NCBI GenBank assembly: GCA_963718665.1
Contig: OY970359.1
Location: 512,001 to 576,000 of the forward strand
Length of the DNA: 64,000 bases
Origin: an uncultured Phycisphaerales bacterium
GTDB lineage: Bacteria; Planctomycetota; Phycisphaerae; Sedimentisphaerales; Anaerobacaceae
Reading direction: 5' to 3'
A program made the position numbers and the translations under genes. Below are positions 59,943 through 64,000 of this stretch, piece by piece. The notes beneath the pieces are model-generated. The model saw nothing but the letters and a program-made list of their open reading frames with translations. It had not been told where the DNA came from and did not search any database. Positions within the stretch are counted from its first letter, which is position 1. Every line of letters begins with the position of its first letter.

Positions 59943-60557
59943 ATGCAAAAGCAAAACTTAGCGAGAGAACTGAGTGTTGAACTTATCGCGATAACGCCAG
60001 ACCCGCAGAAGGTAATCGAGCAGGCGGGAAGGACGTGCTATTTGAGTTTCGACAAGATGGACGACAATTCGCAGGCCGGCTTCATCAAACGCCTCATCAA
60101 AATGGGCCACGAATCACCGCTCGAACACGCATACGCGACTTTCAGAATCAAAAACTGCTCCCGCGCGATGACGCACCAATTAGTAAGACACCGCCTTATG
60201 GCTGTCTCACAGCAGTCCCAGCGATATTGCGACGAAGAGGAATTTACCTACGTTGTGCCTGAAAGTATGCCAGCAGAATTGGTTGACGAATTCCATAACG
60301 ATATGAAAACGATACAGGAAATGTATCGCAAATGGCGTGACAAAGGGCTAAAGAAAGAGGACGCCCGCTTCGTCCTGCCCAACGCCTGCACAAGCGAAAT
60401 CGTCGTCTCGGCCAATTTCCGTGAATGGCGGCATATCCTCACCGTCCGCACAGACAAAGGCGCACAATGGGAGATAAAAAAAGCGGCCCACCTGATTTTA
60501 GACACCCTGAAAAAACTCGCCCCGGCCTGCTTCGAGGATATTATTCCGGAAAAGTGA
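59943..60557 (+). CDS. thyX: FAD-dependent thymidylate synthase
   Basis: GHESPLEH, RHRLMAVSQQSQR, EDARFVLP, AQWEI. Confidence 0.96.
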   Translation: MQKQNLARELSVELIAITPDPQKVIEQAGRTCYLSFDKMDDNSQAGFIKRLIKMGHESPLEHAYATFRIKNCSRAMTHQLVRHRLMAVSQQSQRYCDEEEFTYVVPESMPAELVDEFHNDMKTIQEMYRKWRDKGLKKEDARFVLPNACTSEIVVSANFREWRHILTVRTDKGAQWEIKKAAHLILDTLKKLAPACFEDIIPEK

Positions 60558-60710
60558 TGCCACAGATAATATAGATTTTTAGCTACAGAGGACACAGAGA
60601 GCACAGAGAAAATAAAAGTTAAAATAATTGCTTTTATTTCCACTTTGACTATATACTGCCGCCTTAAGACCGGAAGATATGACTTTCGTGCTGTAATGGG
60701 AATGAGTATT

Positions 60711-61575
60711 ATGTCTCAAGATGATTCCAAGAAAAAAAAGGAACAAGATGGAATTAGCAAACATCCTAAATCACCTGCCTTCAACGTAATTCCGCAATAC
60801 CCCCGAAGTAATCGATTATCATTTAATAAGTTCTGATGGCGGCAAGCATTGGGAAAAACGCCCGGGCTTACTTAGTGCAATAATTTGTGGCACCAAACCA
60901 GAAGATTCAGACCCTGCCATTCATGCCATAATTGACCCAATTATCAAAAAAGTTGTATCAGAAAATGACAACCAATTATCTCAGAAACTACATGATTGCG
61001 TCCATAAGTTACATGGGGTCAAATATCATCTTGAGACAATCCAGAAGGAGATAGCAAAACGAGTCGATGAACTTCGAAAGAATTATTCGGCGGGATCCGG
61101 AGTTTCAACTGAAATAAAAAATCCCAGACTCGTATATGAAACCGAAGCTTTTCTATACCAAGTAAAAAGTAGTTTAGATCTCCTCGTTCAAGCTCTTGGC
61201 TCCCGAATCCCTCCACTTACATCGATGCCAACTTTCAAGAAAAAAACCGTTGACGGGGTAAAACATGCTGGAGGTGCCGTCATAGACGCTCTATCCAAAA
61301 ATGGCTTTCCTGCATTAGCTGAACTTTTTGAAAAATACAGATATCAATGGATTCAAAAGCTTGTTGATATGCGTGACACAGTGGCCCACTATAGCCAATT
61401 AAAAGGGTTCCATTGTTTTATTGAGGAGCCTTTTTTGGGTAAGGGACAAATAACTATTCATTTTCCAGCTATGCCGACAGGGGAGAGAGTAGATACCTAT
61501 TGCGAGGAAACATATAAAAATCTTTTAGACCTTTATAATACAGTGCTTAATATGATGCCTGATCGTAAAAAATGA
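60711..61575 (+). pseudogene. HEPN-domain (Cthe_2314-like) protein split by a 1-nt frameshift
   Basis: Frame open 60790-61575 with EAFLYQVKSSLDLL and RDTVAH (Rx4H); joins the MSQDD... frame if one C is removed from run 60800-60804. Confidence 0.6.
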
Positions 61576-61597
61576 TGCGTTGTTTTTTAGAGTTTGC

Positions 61598-61622
61598 CGT
61601 CGGGGTAAACCCCGACCTGCAA
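61598..61622. repeat. GTAG-type REP hairpin, copy 1
   Basis: CGTCGGGGTAAACCCCGACCTGCAA; 22/25 identical to 62309-62333. Confidence 0.8.
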
Positions 61623-61687
61623 TTTGCTTTCCTTTCCATTTTGACGATAGACTGTAATTTTATGGCAGGAAGAAACGGATATGGTAT

Positions 61688-62143
61688 ATGAACGAAGCTA
61701 ATCCAAATGAAAAGAGTGATTTGAAGTACAAGGTTTACCTTGAGGAAAGGAAATTCCTTGTAGATGCCGAACGTGAGCAATCCCAATCATTTGACAAAGC
61801 AATTTTGACGCTCGCAGGAGGTGCTTTTGGTATTTCACTAACTTTTATCAAGGATATTGTTTCAAATCATGAACCTGTTCAACTACCCTGGCTGATATTA
61901 GCTTGGATATGTTTCATTGTCAGTATGCTTTCCACGCTGATTTCGTTTTTGACAAGTCAAAAAGCATGTGCAACGCAAAGAGAAATACTTGAAGCATTGT
62001 ATTGTGATGAACAAGACAAAAAAAGTAATCACGAGAATACAGCAGCTGAACGGACAAGTTGGCTGAACTGGTTTTCAATATCAACTTTTATTATGGGCAC
62101 AATTTTCTTGGCGATATTCAGTATAGTTAATTTAATGACTTGA
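61688..62143 (+). CDS. Hypothetical integral membrane protein (about 3 TM)
   Basis: FDKAILTLAGGAFGISLTF plus two further hydrophobic helices. Confidence 0.75.
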   Translation: MNEANPNEKSDLKYKVYLEERKFLVDAEREQSQSFDKAILTLAGGAFGISLTFIKDIVSNHEPVQLPWLILAWICFIVSMLSTLISFLTSQKACATQREILEALYCDEQDKKSNHENTAAERTSWLNWFSISTFIMGTIFLAIFSIVNLMT

Positions 62144-62157
62144 AAGGAGTAGATGAT

Positions 62158-62298
62158 ATGTCAGAACCAAAAAAAAGAATAGAAGAAAGGGGTTTTGTTC
62201 CGCCAAAGCCGCCTACAAAACCAGGTGGTGCTGAAACTGGCTATGTCCCGCCTAATCCACCAAGGCCGCCTACAAAACAATCAGACACAAAAAAATAA
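62158..62298 (+). CDS. 46-aa proline-rich micropeptide
   Basis: RBS AAAGGAG; MSEPKKRIEERGFVPPKPPTKPGGAETGYVPPNPPRPPTKQSDTKK; below the ORF track cutoff. Confidence 0.6.
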   Translation: MSEPKKRIEERGFVPPKPPTKPGGAETGYVPPNPPRPPTKQSDTKK

Positions 62299-62308
62299 GA
62301 GAACTCGT

Positions 62309-62333
62309 CGTCGGGGCAAGCCCCGACCTACAA
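62309..62333. repeat. GTAG-type REP hairpin, copy 2
   Basis: CGTCGGGGCAAGCCCCGACCTACAA. Confidence 0.8.
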
Positions 62334-62443
62334 CTGGATTCCTGCTTTCCGAAATGGGTTCTTCGCTGCGCTCCGTGTCGCAGGAATTACAGATCCCAAC
62401 CCAAAGATTTTCTATGCCCTCTGTTGCTTAAAAAACTCTGTGG

Positions 62444-63913
62444 CTAATTCAACGCAGGTATCAACTTAATCAAAAACTGCCAGACAGCATCTACGGAGGC
62501 GATATCGACGCGTTCCTGGGGCGAATGGGGGTTTTTAATCGTGGGGCCGATGGAAATCATCTCAATAGCCGGCAATCTCTCGCCAATAACAGCCGGCTCA
62601 AGGCCCGCGTGAACAACCTTAACTTCCGGCTCTTTATTATTGAGCTTCCTGTAAATCTCTTTTGCGCGTTTAAGCAGCGAAGAATTGACATCCGGTTTCC
62701 AGGATGGATAGCCGCCTACGGTTTCGACTTTGGCTCCTGCTGACTTTGCCAGGCCGGTAATTTTGGCGGTTATCTCATCGAGCGTTTGTTTCTCCAAACT
62801 CCTCTGAGAGATTAAAATTCGCAACTGCTTCTCATCACGAAGTAACTCAACTTTGGCGAGGTTGCTGGACGCCTCGACAATATCCTCAAACTGAGACGAC
62901 ATTCGATAAACACCCGTCGGCAAATTTGAGAGAAGATTTATGATTTCTAATTGCCGATTACTGATTGCTACCGCTGGTCGAAGGGTAGTTTCTTTCAATT
63001 CGACTTTTAGATTGGGTTCGGTTTTCGCAAATTCTTTTTTGAAAGACGACTCTATTTCAACAAGCATCTTTTTCGCAGCATTGAGCTTTGAGGCATCGAA
63101 ACAGATAATCGCTTTTGCGCCTCTTGGGATAGCATTATGGACAGTGCCGCCCTCGATATCACAGATGCACAAATCAAAATCCTGTAAACCTTTCAGGGTT
63201 TTTGCTAATAGTTGGATTGCGTTTGCGTATTGCTTGTCGATATCGATACCTGAGTGGCCGCCGTGAAGGCCTGAGATTTTCAGGTAGAAGCAGGCAAGCG
63301 AATCGGGCACGGGTGAAAATTCGAGGGGCAGGCGTATTTCGGTCTGTTCGCCGCCCGCGCAGCCAACAATGAAGGATGTATCTTCGCCGTCGAGATTGAT
63401 GAGGTATTTGCCCGTAATGAAGCCGGGCTTCAAACCATTCGCCCCGGTCAGTCCCGTTTCCTCATCGACGGTAAAGAGCAATTCGATTCGCGGATGCGAT
63501 ATTTTTTCGTCAAGCAGTGCGAGAGACAATGCGACTCCCACGCCGTTATCCGCGCCGAGGGTTGTGCCATCGGCTGTAATCCAGCCATCGCGTTCGACTA
63601 ATTCGATAGGGTCTTTGGTGAAGTCGTGTTTCGATTCGGGCGTCTTTTCGCAGACCATATCGACGTGGCTTTGAAGGACGATTGCGGGGGACTTTTCGCA
63701 ACCCTTCGTCGCGGGCAGCTCGATAATCAAGTTATCGACGTCATCGCTTCTAAAGGTGAGATTGCGGCTTTTGGCGATGGTCTTGAGCCAATCCATAATC
63801 TGCTTTTCATTTTTTGACCCGCGAGGGATGTGGTTTATTTGTCTGAAAAACTTCCAGACGTTTTTCGCCCTGGCCTGTTTTAACGATAGCTTTTTATCCG
63901 CTGACATATCCAT
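62444..63913 (-). CDS. pepD: Aminoacyl-histidine dipeptidase (M20C)
   Basis: LQSHVDMVCEK, TLGADNG, TVDEETG, GGHSG, HAGLE, PHSPQE. Confidence 0.93.
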   Translation of the reverse strand: MDMSADKKLSLKQARAKNVWKFFRQINHIPRGSKNEKQIMDWLKTIAKSRNLTFRSDDVDNLIIELPATKGCEKSPAIVLQSHVDMVCEKTPESKHDFTKDPIELVERDGWITADGTTLGADNGVGVALSLALLDEKISHPRIELLFTVDEETGLTGANGLKPGFITGKYLINLDGEDTSFIVGCAGGEQTEIRLPLEFSPVPDSLACFYLKISGLHGGHSGIDIDKQYANAIQLLAKTLKGLQDFDLCICDIEGGTVHNAIPRGAKAIICFDASKLNAAKKMLVEIESSFKKEFAKTEPNLKVELKETTLRPAVAISNRQLEIINLLSNLPTGVYRMSSQFEDIVEASSNLAKVELLRDEKQLRILISQRSLEKQTLDEITAKITGLAKSAGAKVETVGGYPSWKPDVNSSLLKRAKEIYRKLNNKEPEVKVVHAGLEPAVIGERLPAIEMISIGPTIKNPHSPQERVDIASVDAVWQFLIKLIPALN

Positions 63914-63939
63914 ATTCCATAAATAAACGCTCTGGGAAC

Positions 63940-64000
63940 TATCCCCGGTGAGATTCGAACTCACAACCTTTGGCTTCGGAGGCCAACACGCTATCCAGTT
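63940..64000 (-). tRNA. tRNA-Arg (CCG), 5' end outside window
   Basis: Minus strand ...GGATAGCGTGTTGGC-CTCCGAA-GCCAAAGGTTGTGAGTTCGAATCTCACCGGGGATA. Confidence 0.9.

Noticed and set aside
266..63817. Numerous antisense or overlapping ORFs in the six-frame track (e.g. 516-1091, 9202-10035, 31155-31739, 59270-59851)
   Set aside because: Shadows of well-supported genes on the other strand or frame, with no independent motifs.
1..64000. CRISPR array or guide-RNA-type tandem array
   Set aside because: No regularly spaced 25-45 bp repeats with unique spacers and no cas genes seen; the repeats present are dispersed palindromes or short degenerate tracts.

Overview
A 64-kb bacterial chromosomal segment, most likely from a Planctomycetota (Phycisphaerae/Sedimentisphaerales-like) genome. 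The taxonomy is inferred from the HYExAFE gene, tandem clpP and membrane-anchored GspE-CvpA. The backbone is housekeeping: tilS, rsmB-fmt-def-lptB, yidC-mnmE, rpoN, pdaD-speB, cca-rsmD, hisS, rluA, rsmE, hom/apgM/lysC, tig-clpP-clpP, yitJ, thyX, pepD, and tRNA-Ser(TGA), tRNA-Gly(GCC) and a partial tRNA-Arg(CCG). Accessory DNA includes an ars/redox operon, a Sel1 gene, a GIY-YIG + degenerate ECF sigma + PLD nuclease block inserted between hom and apgM, a secreted Rhs protein, a free-standing HNH-AP2 gene, an AT-rich zur-znuACB island at tRNA-Ser with a serine-recombinase remnant and a 10-bp att repeat, and a HEPN / membrane protein / Pro-rich micropeptide block. Three observations stand out: (1) a gap-free 49-bp promoter-like module heads three unrelated accessory genes, two of them nuclease-like; (2) several families of short palindromic elements are dense here, nest inside each other and sit in frame within genes; (3) a roughly 370-nt leader with competing RNA structures precedes the degenerate sigma. 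No CRISPR array, rRNA or reverse transcriptase was seen. All family calls come from motif recognition by eye, not database searches.
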